A program made the translations under genes and the position numbers. Under the pieces are notes generated by a model. That model was not told the origin of the DNA, searched no databases, and saw only the letters and a list, made by a program, of their open reading frames with translations. From Hormiphora californensis (lineage: Eukaryota > Animalia > Ctenophora): DNA of 64,000 bases. The stretch lies in contig CM035358.1 in assembly GCA_020137815.1 (NCBI GenBank), positions 1,612,001-1,676,000 of the forward strand. The letters run 5' to 3'. Shown here piece after piece: positions 13,268-25,216 of this stretch; the stretch's first letter is position 1; every line of letters starts with the position of its first letter.

Positions 13268-16200
13268 CAGACAGAGAGACGGACAGAGACAGATCAGACA
13301 TAGAGAAATGAAAATAATATGTCAAGCAGACAGCTCTCACACATACATACACACATCCCTACAAACTTCCCAATTCGGTAGCTACCTAGAACTCACACAA
13401 GAGCACCCCCACGTGGATCACATCTACAGCATTTTATATTTACTGAGTCTCGATATACATAATTTGCCCGACTGATCAGTAGTGTCATATGTCAGTACCT
13501 GTCTTTCACACAGACAAGATCTGATCATGATTTCATTAACTGTGGACAGTAACCGGCAGTGATGTACAGAATATAAAAGTTATCATGTCAGTTCAAAGGA
13601 TGAAGCCACCCCTCTAGTGGTGCAGAACTGGGCCAGCCCTGTGTGTTTGTGTGTGCGTGTGTGTGAGAATGTGTGTTTGTGTCTGTGTCCTATCGCGAAG
13701 GTGCTTGTTTTGACGCTGAGTTCTATTAAAAGTACAGCATCTTCGCGCGCGCGTGTGTGTCGCTTTGGTGACACGCGCGCGCGTTTTCTGAGATCTGAGA
13801 GAGAAGAGCGATGTGTTTTTTGAGAGAGAGTTTTCTTTTGTCGGAACGAAGCAACTTTCAAAAGCGTGTGTTCTCTTAGTCAACTGAACTGTAACAATCC
13901 TTTACCGTTACTTTTACATTCACAAAAATAAAAGACAACGTGTTTACTTTCGCCTTTACGCTCCAGCTGACGGGTACGCCCCATACGTGTCACGAAACCA
14001 CCCCAAGAACGTCCCTTTCCAAACACCCCCGATTGCAGTCCACTTTACACCCATCTGGTGACTTCCAAGGAAACGGACCCATCGAAGTAAACTATCACCA
14101 TGAATAACCACCGTGCCCACTCACCGGTTGACAGCCTTGCCGGTGACATTCAACCTGGAATGGTGGCGCGACGTGTCTTGGAGTACTCCACACCACGCAA
14201 CCGGGATATCCGACTGAATCAGAGTGTTGTTAATCGCCAAAGAGCACATTTACCCACTACTTCCGTTGATGCTCAGATCTTTGAACCTCCGAGGGTCAGA
14301 CGATCGTTGTATGAAAGATCCCTTGACACTACCAGAAGAGTACCAGAACCGAGAGCAAATGCATCGATCATCAGCCAAGAGCCACTGTCTCAATGGGATA
14401 CTATCGATCAGTTTGATCTCAACTCCACAGTAGCTTCCAGTCGACAGGTACGGCCTAAGAGAGTCATCAATGCCCGGCAGCATCAACAGAACCAACAACC
14501 CAGCAGACTGCAGGACCAGCGTCCGCCAGAATCATACCTAGCAGATTTGAACATTTCACGAGTTGATTCAGGCCGAGAATCAGTGATTTTGCAACATGCT
14601 GATGCAGTTGCACCAAGGATCATGTCAAGTTCCCCGAAACGAGAGAATACGAGAGAAAGGATCCGAATCCCTGAAGATAGACCCAAGACGCCAGAAAAAA
14701 GAATGTCACGGATTTTGAACCTATCAAGAGTTCCCAGTCGCCGAAACACTTCATCAACCAAACCAGACATCAAACAGTCATCATCAAGCAAACCAAACGT
14801 GCCCATAGCTCCCGCGGTAGCTCCAACAAGTTACCCAGTAGCAAATCAACTGAACACGCAACCAACTCAGATCAACCAAAACAGAGCCCCTCTCCCTGGA
14901 ATAAAACCGCCAAAGTTCAAGGAAGGAAGTTGTCTGAAATCATACCTGGAAAGGTTTGAGGATTACCTTTCAACGGCGACCGTAAACCCTCAGGATGTGC
15001 GTGGAATCCTAATAAACTGTATAAAGTGCGATCAAACATACAGGCGGATACGCCGCCTGAAGTTCAGCCAGGAAGAAATGGCCGATCCAAATAAGCTGCT
15101 CAAGTTCATCCGTGACACCATACTGAACGATGCTGCCATCGCCGAGACAAATCGTTTGGAGCTAAAGGACATCAAACAAGAAGAATTCGAGTCGGTAACT
15201 GATTTCGCAGAGAGAATACACCGGGCAGCAGAACTGGCGTTCCCAGATGAATCAGATATCGTATCAACGCCAACAAGATAGACGCTCTACAAGATGGTCT
15301 CCACGACCGTGATGTTGCTAAAGATGTCTGTGACTGGAAGAAACAGGATATCGCCTTCGAGACTCTAGTTGCTGAAGCGGAGAGAGCAGCGACCCAGAAT
15401 AAAATTTTCAAGAGAGGCGGTGCTGAATCTGGAGCCACAGTCTACGCGATCCGGAACGAGGGACCACGAACGATCCAAAACCCGCCTTACCAGAGAAAGA
15501 CTTGGAACCCTTGCAAGTTCTGTAAGAAGACGAACCACTCAGAATCACACTGTAGGTTCAAAGATAATTTGCCAACTATGTGGCCAAGATTTACATGATG
15601 CCAAGAACTGTCCCACGATATCGAGCAATATCCAAGCAAACATGAACCCCGTGCAGACTCTACAAACCACGAACTTCCAACCACAGGCTTTCACAACTGG
15701 TAGTAGGAGACAAGCTACACAGTTAATACCTGGAACGAGAGAGCATGATAGGGCTAATGGCCTATGCTACATCTGCCACGAGAATGGACACCTTAGCAGA
15801 GCTTGCAATAACCGAGGTAGGCAGTTAAACGAGAGAGCGGTCGGAGATTTGAACAACACGAACACACACCTGAACTCCGGCCGCGTGAACTAACTCAGCG
15901 TACAATGACCCCGGCACAGAAAAAGGATATCAAGAAGAACAGGGTGACCACACCTGAATCTGTGCCGGTAGAATGCTTCTGGGATCCACCACGATCAGAG
16001 GAGGTGCATCCTAGAGAAGATGAAGGGGATACAGCAACATCGTTAAAAAGCACACACGCTATAGCGGGTACTGAAATAACACCCGATGAGAATGTTAGTG
16101 GTCTCTCCTCGTCATCTGATGTAGACGTCGAATCGAAGGACTTGCTAGTCACTGCAAAGTTGTCCCCAAGAACAAAGAAAACGGAAAAAGTGGTCATCCG

Positions 16201-19200
16201 AAAGCAGGAGAAGAATCAATCCCACACTGACGTGAGCGATGAGAAAAATGAAATAGTCGATAGTTCAGCAGTAGTTGAGGTCGAGGGCAACAATGAGGAC
16301 GATGTTATCCCTGAACCCAAGACCGAACGGAAGAAAAAGAGAAACAAGAGGAGCAAGGCAGCGAAAGTGAAAGCCCTCTCTGGAGAAGAAATACGGAAAT
16401 CTCAAGAAATTATTGTAAACGGACTCATCTATGGCCCAGCATGGTGTGAGGATCAAACTAAACACCGGGTGCGCATGTTCATCGATACAGGAAGCCAAGT
16501 TAACCTTATTGACTGGACAACTGTATGTAAGTACGGGCTAGTGTCTGAGATCCGTGAGACAAACAGAAAGTTGAGAGATTTCAGCGGAAATCGGATACCT
16601 TGCAGAGGCGCCATCTCCTTGTGTATGATAGTCGGAGGAGCCACCATTAATCTGGTCAACTTCGTGGTGTGCGAAGGAATGGATACAGATATTCTATTAG
16701 GTGACCCATTCTGGTCGTAGCACAGGAGCCGCCTTGGACTATACGAACGCTGAACTAAGAGTCCCAAATGGTGAACCAGTACCTTTCCTGCCAAGACCAA
16801 GAAGCACCAAGAAGATTCTCCAGATAAGGTGGGGAGAAACTACCACAATACCACCTCATACTATGGGGTATGTCGTAGGATCCCTGAAGGAAGATTGTCT
16901 AGGTGATACGATCGGTCTTGTCTCAACTGATTGGTCACGGAAAAATAATGGCCTACTCATTGGTGACGCAATTGCCGAAGCTATGGAAGGAGACATTCCC
17001 ATGAGAGTTTGAACTTTAGCGAGGAGCCGATAACCCTCCAAAGGGGTAATAAAGCCGCTAAATTTCCGCCCAGTGCCAGAGTACGACCCTTATTCTAGAG
17101 TGGAATGGGAAGACCGAATCCAATTTCTCCGTGAGTCTGAGGAACCGGAAGTCGAGAAATGGACAAAGGAAGAGCTATTCGAGCGTCTAAAAGTAAAAAC
17201 TGCATCCAGGAACCTCACGAAACAACAGGCTCAGATCTACAAGACATAATTTGGGAGCACAGGGACTGTTTTGCATACGATGAGTATGATCTCGGTTCCT
17301 GCATATGGTACAAAGCTACGATCAAGTTGAAGGAAGGGGCTACACCTCAGTGGACCCCTCCATTCCCTTGCCCATACAAGCTTGAGGGGGGAGATGCAGA
17401 AAACAATCGATGAGATGGTGAAAACGAATGTGGTGGAGATCCTTCCGCAACGGTCAGATTGGAACTCACCAACATTCCCTGGTACGAAAGAAAACACCTA
17501 AAGGGCAGCCTCAGCGTTACAGGCTTGTGTGCGACCTAAGGAACGTGAACAAGATGTGTATGCCAGCAAACTTCCCATTGGCTCATTTGGATCATGTCTT
17601 GGATAAAATCGGCCAGGACAAGATATTTTCCTCTTTTGACCTTACCCGAGGATACTGGCAGCTTCCCTATGACGAATCCTCGAACAGATCACTGCCTTCT
17701 TGTATAAGAACACCCAGTACGCATTCTCGAAGACAGTGATGGGCCATCGATCATCCGGACCATCTTTCTGCGATATGATGAATCGTCTGCTCGGATCTCT
17801 CCCGATAGAGCAAGTTGTCCAATTTGTGGACGACCTCCTCCTATCTTCTGTCACAGCTGACCAGCACCTTGATCGTTGGAACGGCTTCTGTCCAGATTGT
17901 ATGGTGCGAACCTCAAGATTTCACCAGACAAAAGTCAGCTGATGAGAGATGCAGTTGATTTCGTTGGAGTTCGTGTCAGCGGTGGCGGTATAAGTATCAC
18001 TGAAGACCGTGTAGCTGACCTCCCTAGCACTCCGTGAGCCTGAATCAAAGAAAGAGGTCATGCAAGCAATGGGTGCCCTGAACTATGTGAGAAAGTGGAT
18101 TCCAGCCTACAGTTTCTATCAGTAAAGCCAATATTCGCTTCTATACGCGGGGGAAAGGAGTGCAAGTTCAAATGGACCAAGAGTGATGAGCGTACGCCAA
18201 CTGAACAGCTCGTCGCGGAAGTACCAGCTTGCATACCGAATCCCCTCCCTACATCCCCTGGGGCCCCTGATGCCAGTGAGCGAGGTTTTGTGCCTCCTTT
18301 TCCCAGAATTGGATACACCTGATGGAGGTAGAGAACGAAGGATTGTCGCTTACTATAGCAGAGCACTCCCAGAGTACAAGAAATCGCGGGGACAGACGAA
18401 GCTTGAGTTCGAGGCTCTGTCCGCAGCAATCCAACACTGGACCATATATCTTTACAACGTGGAAGAGTTTGTCGTCATAACAGACTGTTTATCCTTGGTT
18501 AAAGCCGAGGGTACCCTTTTCACGAAACCAGACAACGCGGTGATCAAGAAAGTTCTGAAGTTAGCCGAATTCAACTTCAAACTCCGACATTTAAGTGGCC
18601 CGGAAAACAAGATGTGTGACTGGTTATCGAGGTTCAGCCTTCCGCCAACCAAGACCGAAGCCGAAACACAAACGACACCTCAAACTCATGAAGATTTGAC
18701 TAAAGTTGTCAAGGTTGTTAATCCATGCGATAGAAACAACGAAGAGATACAACAAAATGTCGTCCGAAAGATACCTGAGGATCGTCACAACTCCACAGAG
18801 TCCGAAGCAGACACAGAATCTGAAGCAGACACAGAGTCCAACCATGAAGATCGTTTTAGCAGCGACATGGATACAGGAACGTACACGTCTACTGAAGATT
18901 CATCTGAAGACATATCTCTGTCGACAACACGAGTTAGCAGTGCAAGCGAGTGCGAAGTCTTTATCGTACAGAGCACTCAGTTTCCGGAAGCATCGTACGT
19001 CACGGAGTATAAATACTTCAGTAACGGAGACGAGTCACCCACCCAATCAGATGAAAACAGCCACACGAAACATGAGAGTATTGGCTCGGAAGAAAATCTA
19101 GGCCTATGCAAGATACTCGACAATCTGGTGAGCTGTGAAGAGATAACCACCCATCCAATAAAAGTCATGAATGAAGATAACGAAGCAGAAGAAGAATGGT

Positions 19201-22200
19201 CATATGAGCAGGAGATTCATTGTTTATGCGCATCGATCCAGCAAAACGGGTAGATATTCCCGTAGCAGGAAGACATGGACTGAATGGGAAACTGCCCAGG
19301 AGCAAGATGACATTCTAAAATTAGTGAGACAATGGGTGAGTGACGGGAATAGACAAGTGGTACAAGCCAACAGGGCCCCACCTGATCTAGAGTCTTTGTG
19401 GAAACAATACCAGCTGCTCCGGTTAGAGGATGGTGTTTTGCAAAGAAAATGGCTCGATATAAAGACAAATGATTCCAACTGGCTGATCGTGGTACCTATG
19501 AAGGAGCGAGAAGAGCTTATCAGACAGGCTCATGACTTCCACACAGGTCACGCCGGAGTCAGTGCAACAGTTGATCACCTTCGAAGAAACTTTTACTGGC
19601 CGGCACAGCCCAAACAAGTCGGACTATACATCGGCCAGTGTGTGAATTGTGCATCCAACAAACAGCGTCAACAGACCTTCCAAGCCTAGATGGCCACATT
19701 TGTGTGTCACGAGTTCAACGCTGTGATAGTAATAGATCATATCGTTCCAGAAGCCCGTGGATCGACAGAAAGAGGCAACAAGAACGTCTTATCAATCACA
19801 GACGTATATTCAAACTTTCTAGTTGCAGTACCTACAAAAACCCAATCATCCATTGAGAGCCGTGAGAAAATTCTGGCTAATTGGATATGGAAGTTCGGTT
19901 GGCCGAGAGAAATAATCTGTGATCAACATCAAAACTTCAACGGCAAAGAATTCAAGGATTTCTTCGAAAAGCTAAACGTGAAAGTTCAACACGGCCAAGC
20001 TTATTCAGCCCGCAGTACTGGACGTGCTGAAAATAGCAACAAAAAGATTGATCGAATCCTCAGAGCAACCCTGTTTGAATCCAACCCTAAAGATTGGGAC
20101 TTGCATCTTGACCAAGTGTGTTTCAAGCTAAACAACACCAGATCCAGAAGAACAGGCTTCACGGCACACAGGATTGTATTTGGCACAGAACCAAACATGC
20201 CTGATGCGTTACATCTTCGCCGACCCATGGATAAAAAGGATAAGACTCCACAGATGGGCATTCCAGCGTCCGTCTACAACCGCTACCGAGAAATCTGTAA
20301 CTTGAGTTACAAAATCAGGCAGAACGTGGATGAAGACCTAATAGCGGCCAAAAAGCAATTCAACAAGAGACTAAATGACCCGGAGCTTGCAATTGGAGAT
20401 CAAGTTCTGGTGAAAATCCCGTGCCCGGTTCATAAATTTGGACCTAGGTTCGAGGGACCCTTCTCGGTGAGCGAAGTGATCAGCCCTTACCTCTACAGAG
20501 TGAAGATGAACGTGGGAAACAAGGTTATCGGTGTGGGAAAGTTGAAGTTGTATGCACGCAAAACTGTAGAGTGCAGGAATTCGGAGAAACCGAAGGATAA
20601 CATAACGACCAAATCAAACGCACTTCCAACGCCAGTGCAGCATGGAAATGCAGATCATCCGGATCGTAACGAAACAGTAGTTGAAATCGTGCCAACTCCA
20701 GAGAAACCCAAAGATGACCAAGAGACAGCTGAAACCTCATCTCCAACACCAGAGAAACCCAAAGATGACCAAGAGATAGCTGAAACCTCTACTCCAACAC
20801 AAGAGCAACCCGAATATGACCAAAACGAAGCGGAAACATCTTCTCTAGACCAAACCTTGGAAGAATTGGAGCAACAGCAAAATGACCCCGTGGACCGAGA
20901 GGAAAGACTCGAACCGGAATGGAGAGGACGACTACGCTCAACCATAACGGGCGTGAAACGGTTTGTGTAGCTCTGTTATAACCGTTGGACCTTGTTGACC
21001 TTGATCAAGGCCTATCTGATAACATCAATGTTAATTCATTTGTCGGCCGACTGGATTTGTCTTGATATGGTCACCTGACTCTTGACAGCTGTATTACAAT
21101 TCTGAATTTCCTGGTACTGCCTGTCAACCAGTGGCGAATAACTTGCTAGCTTGTTTAAACCTCCATTCCTGGTCCCAACTGCTGCTAATTCTGGTGAATT
21201 CATCTCCGCATTGAGGATAATCTGCTGATGCTCCAGAAGTTAAGATCATACCATTACGGTACGATCTCCCCTGTATATTTCTCGAAGTTGAGTATTCTCG
21301 ACACAAAGCTAAGGTCCCTTGGGGCTTAAATATCATGTCACCGATACAATGTTGAGAATTCTCGACGATTCACACCACGTCCGGATTTCATTTCAAAACA
21401 GTTATGTTGAGCACACTCGACAACCCGTTAAAATCCTTTTGGATTTATTTTTATAACCCCAACCAAGTTGAGTGTACTCGACAACCCATCAAATCCTCTT
21501 GGATTTCGATTTTATTTTAACAACTAAGTTGAGTGTACTCGACAACCCGTTAAAATCCTTTTGGATTTATTTTTATAATCCCCAACCAAGTTGAGAGTTC
21601 TCGACAACAGCAACCATACAACTGACCTCTATCTGTTGATATGTTTTGATGATCCAGAAACAAACTGAAACCTGATGACAAGGGTAAATGTGCTACCTAA
21701 CGATACATGGCAGCTCCCAATCTGCGATACCGGTGAACAGTTCATGTGAAGTGTGAACATGCGATATTTTGCTTCCTTGAGACATGATAAGGAGGTGAAG
21801 AGAAGCCGTGATCTATTGGTTGAGATCAATGGTTTTGTCAGGAACCGGCTGTTGCTGAAGTTTGATTACCCCCTGAGAAACTCGCTTGAGAAGAGTGAAA
21901 CAGACCGGTGTCCGATCCAGATCTCATCATCAATTTTCCATCAACCTGTGCGCCATCCTTTGACATCGTGTTCCTGGGGTGGACGGTATCGGCCAACATG
22001 GTGCAACGTGAACAGCAATGCCCCCTTTTAATTGGAACTTCAGAGACCTTTCTTCCTTACCTTCATCGTGAAATCATTGTTTAAAGCGAGAATTTCTCTG
22101 AGAAAGAGAAAACAGAAAAAGAAACAAATTGTAATATTTTATACAGTGTATTACTGACCATGAACATGTTTGTATTCACAAAATGTGAAGCTTTTAATGA

Positions 22201-23529
22201 TCTTAATTTATTACCCGGGTATGCTATGGTCCGATTTTATTATTCTACACAGTATTTTTAATGAATTATTTTTACCGTTAACGTAACTCCTTGTAGAGTG
22301 TATCTTGTAAGTCATGTGTACTCTTTCTCGATATTCGTTTATTTTCATCGTCCCGTGCTCATGGTACAGTTCTGGGCTATTCTGTCGAGGACACCGTGTC
22401 ACCGGCTCAAAGGAGTCGGTGGCAACGGCGCTTTTTGTCCTTGATGGAATGGTGCAGAACTGGGCCAGCCCTGTGTGTTTGTGTGTGCGTGTGTGTGAGA
22501 ATGTGTGTTTGTGTCTGTGTCCTATCGCGAAGGTGCTTGTTTTGACGCTGAGTTCTATTAAAAGTACAGCATCTTCGCGCGCGCGTGTGTGTCGCTTTGG
22601 TGACACGCGCGCGCGTTTTCTGAGATCTGAGAGAGAAGAGCGATGTGTTTTTTGAGAGAGAGTTTTCTTTTGTCGGAACGAAGCAACTTTCAAAAGCGTG
22701 TGTTCTCTTAGTCAACTGAACTGTAACAATCCTTTACCGTTACTTTTACATTCACAAAAATAAAAGACAACGTGTTTACTTTCGCCTTTACGCTCCAGCT
22801 GACGGGTACGCCCCATACGTGTCACGAAACCACCCCAAGAACGTCCCTTTCCAAACACCCCCGATTGCAGTCCACTTTACACCACTAGTATACATTGGGT
22901 ACCTCTCTGTGTACTAGGGCACTATAACTTTAATGTCCCTGTTAATCGACCCCCCCCCCTCCACACACACACACACACCACATGGAAGTGGCCGGGATAA
23001 TTTAACATCTTCATTATTATCATCCCTCTCTCTCTCTATCTCTCTCCCCCCCCCCAAATAGAGACAAGATTGTGGTGCCTGATGGTTTATTCGGTGGGGC
23101 AGATTGAAACTCCTGATAACACTCCCACATCTCAATGTCCAGTTTCCATCACCGCACCGTGAATATGAATAAAACTTCCTAAATAGAAAAACCTTGCCAC
23201 AACCCCATTCCCATACGTCGGAGATAATCCAACTGAACTAGCTCAACCTAATCTTTATTGTACATATTGTGAAATCTAATTGAAATACTGAGTCCTCGAA
23301 AATTTCAGGTTTTTCCAACCATGGTTAATACTTGTTATGTTCTAACCCTCCCTTTACATTTGTCTCTCGCGTGCGGGGCACGCGAAAGGCAGTCTAGCTT
23401 GGCAAGGTTAATACATGGAGAATATGATCACTTACACAAGTTCAGAAGGGTGTCACTATGATACTGGTAGGTGTAGAGGAGAACACCAAATATCAGCATT
23501 GTCACAAAGACAACTTTGTACTGGGACAT
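10238..23529 (-). CDS. Golgi carbohydrate sulfotransferase (Sulfotransfer_2, CHST8-14/HNK-1ST family), 5 exons
   Basis: Exon 23529-23436 encodes a type II anchor ([21 protein letters not shown]). Further exons are 12705-12536, 11660-11538, 11254-10739 and 10457-10238, all phase-compatible. Motifs are 5'-[16 protein letters not shown], 3'-[34 protein letters not shown] and a C-terminal [11 protein letters not shown]. Confidence 0.88.
11783..11935. mobile_element. 121-bp insertion with a perfect hairpin, flanked by a 16-bp direct repeat
   Basis: ATAGTACTGTTTCTCA occurs at 11783-11798 and 11920-11935. A perfect 25+1+25 palindrome spans 11797-11847. Confidence 0.6.
13048..13300. repeat. (GA)n microsatellite
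   Basis: Long GA run, which produces the spurious ERER/LSLS ORFs. Confidence 0.95.
13618..14053 (+). repeat. 5' LTR
   Basis: Matches 22450-22884; by eye the only difference is one extra C near the 3' end. Confidence 0.95.
14056..14070 (+). promoter_or_regulatory. Primer-binding site TGGTGACTTCCAAGG (tentatively tRNA-Trp type)
   Basis: TGG starts 2 nt after the LTR end. TGGTGAC is complementary to a tRNA 3' end ...GTCA-CCA. The tRNA identity is inferred. Confidence 0.7.
14100..15893 (+). CDS. gag: gag, frameshifted in this sequence, with three CCHC-type zinc knuckles
   Basis: [16 protein letters not shown] and [15 protein letters not shown] motifs. Knuckles [28 protein letters not shown] and [14 protein letters not shown] are spread over different frames. 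Confidence 0.85.
15826..20970 (+). CDS. pol: pol (protease, RT, RNase H, integrase with GPY/F), broken by several frameshifts and stops
   Basis: Protease [36 protein letters not shown] and FVDDLL. RNase H IVAYYSR...KLEFEA...VITDC. Integrase HDFHTGHAG...[14 protein letters not shown] and GRAENSNK, followed by FGPRFEGPF. The 5' boundary is approximate. Confidence 0.88.
21287..21607. repeat. Array of six GTTGAG-N4-CTCGAC quasi-palindromes at about 60-bp period in the gypsy 3' UTR
   Basis: Copies start at 21287, 21351, 21406, 21467, 21528 and 21590. Three spacers carry an AAATCC-N4-GGATTT hairpin. Confidence 0.8.
22450..22884 (+). repeat. 3' LTR
   Basis: Direct repeat of 13618-14053, followed by the TSD CTAG. 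Confidence 0.95.
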
Positions 23530-23532
23530 CTT

Positions 23533-23662
23533 GCCGAGAGAGATATTATCTGGAGAGATATTATCTGGAGATATTGCAGAGATATTGCGGATATGTTGCA
23601 GAGAGATATTATCTGGAGATATTGCGGATATATTATCTGGATATATTGCAGGGATATTGCGG
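23533..23662. repeat. Degenerate short tandem repeat (GAGATATTATCTG/GAGATATTGC) just upstream of the sulfotransferase ATG
   Basis: Seen directly. On the minus strand it repeats TCCAG|ATAATAT four times. Confidence 0.75.
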
Positions 23663-23901
23663 AGTTTATCGTTCTTTCTCGTCTGTAGATGCTAACGTCA
23701 TCATATCGTCATCATGACATTGCGAGAGCTGATAAGATAACGAATTGTTATAATATGTTATGTAGATGTATAATATGGAAGTCGTTGAGTGGAATGGTGT
23801 GAGTGGGTGAGTACGATGATAATTGACAAAGTTGAAAATTATAATAAGGGAATGGGTCTAGGACAATATTAAGATCATCTAAGATTTAAAGAATCTTTCA
23901 T

Positions 23902-25216
23902 GTAGGGTAAGCTGGGGTAAAAGTGGCCCACTTTTAACGTTTTAGGTTCTAAAATACGCAATTTATACAGCAGGAAGAACAAGAATTATTGCATTATGTA
24001 TTCATAATGCTGTGTTTCCCTGCCCTACCGTTTCACATGTCAGTGACATTGTCACTGCCAACAGGATCAAGGCTTGGTCATAATGTAATGTGAGATGCAT
24101 ACGATCTAGCTGTCAGTATACTTCTCACATAGCTTAGAGTTAGCTAACTCCCAATCACATGACACTTGCTAACCAGCTTTTGACATTTCAACTTAACTAC
24201 TTATCTAACATCTCACACTCGACTCGCAAGATGAAAATGTGTATGTAACACGCGAAACGCCCGGCAGAGCATTTCATGTTTTGTTGAGTGGCGCGCACAC
24301 ACGTCCATCAAACTGTGTCAATGAGGTGTTTGATGAAGGAGTAGCTCGTCACTGTGCGCGCGGCTCTAGTTGCTACACCGTTGCCCTCGCAACGAAAGTG
24401 TGACCAAAAAATGTCCCTCTACCGATTAGTTAGTATACCAAAATGTCGTTTTCGAATTCTAACCCTGCTATGCCTTTTTACAAAGTAAAAAGGCATCCGG
24501 GTGAATGCCTTCGGCATTCACCCGGGCAGGGAAAAAAAATTATATAGGCTATCCAATGAAACCTTTTCCTTTCAGCCGAGCTAAATTTTAATATCTACAA
24601 GTTTTATTTAATGGGTTAATTAATCAATTCAAATAATTTGGTGAGGCGTTTTTTGGAAAATTTGCACCGGGGCAAAGTGGCCCAAGCCAATAGCATTGCT
24701 CGATTTTATCACGTGCCTGGTGTTGTTAGACGAAACGATCAAACTAGGGGCAAAGTGGCCCATGTTCTGCACCGGAACATGGGCCACTTTGCCCCTAATT
24801 TGATCATCTGTACTACATTTTTGTGCATTCCAATATCACGTGGTATTGCAGGCGCCATTTCATTGGTACTAGAGGTGGGCCACTTTGCCCCAGACCGGAC
24901 CATTTTGCCCCGGAGAGTGGGCCATATTTGCCCCGATTTCACAAAATTGACAATTAAGACAACAAAAATGCCAATTTCTTCAAAAATTTTTATACCACGT
25001 TTTAGAGAATTATAAAGCCTAACTGGCAGTTTTTGCAAAATTAAAATCGGCCAACCCAAACAGAAATGACAGCAGTTTTAAAGCGAAAATTCGGAACAGA
25101 ACGAGCAGGTCTCCGCTGGAGAAAAAGTCACGTGACCACATGTAATAACTAGGGCCACTTTGCCCCATACATGGGCCACTTTACCCTGCGGGCCACTTCA
25201 CCCCAGCTTACCCTAC
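23902..25216. mobile_element. Non-autonomous TIR DNA transposon with subterminal GGGCAAAGTGGCCC motifs
   Basis: TIRs GTAGGGTAAGCTGGGGT.AAGTGGCCC and GGGCCACTTCACCCCAGCTTACCCTAC. Many internal copies of the core motif occur in both orientations. No transposase ORF. Confidence 0.75.

Larger units (their letters stand above)
13618..22884 (+). mobile_element. Full-length Ty3/gypsy LTR retrotransposon, antisense in intron 1 of the sulfotransferase gene
   Basis: Two LTRs of about 435 bp with TGGTG...CCA ends. 4-bp TSD CTAG at 13614-13617 and 22885-22888. PBS present. Domain order is gag-PR-RT-RH-IN. Confidence 0.96.

Noticed and set aside
13029-13352. ERER/LSLS ORFs here and at about 31.1-31.9, 38.3, 50.3 and 54.5 kb
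   Set aside because: They are translations of (GA)n/(CT)n microsatellites.
21287-21607. CRISPR-like array
   Set aside because: The context is a eukaryotic retrotransposon, several spacers are similar to each other, and there are no cas genes.
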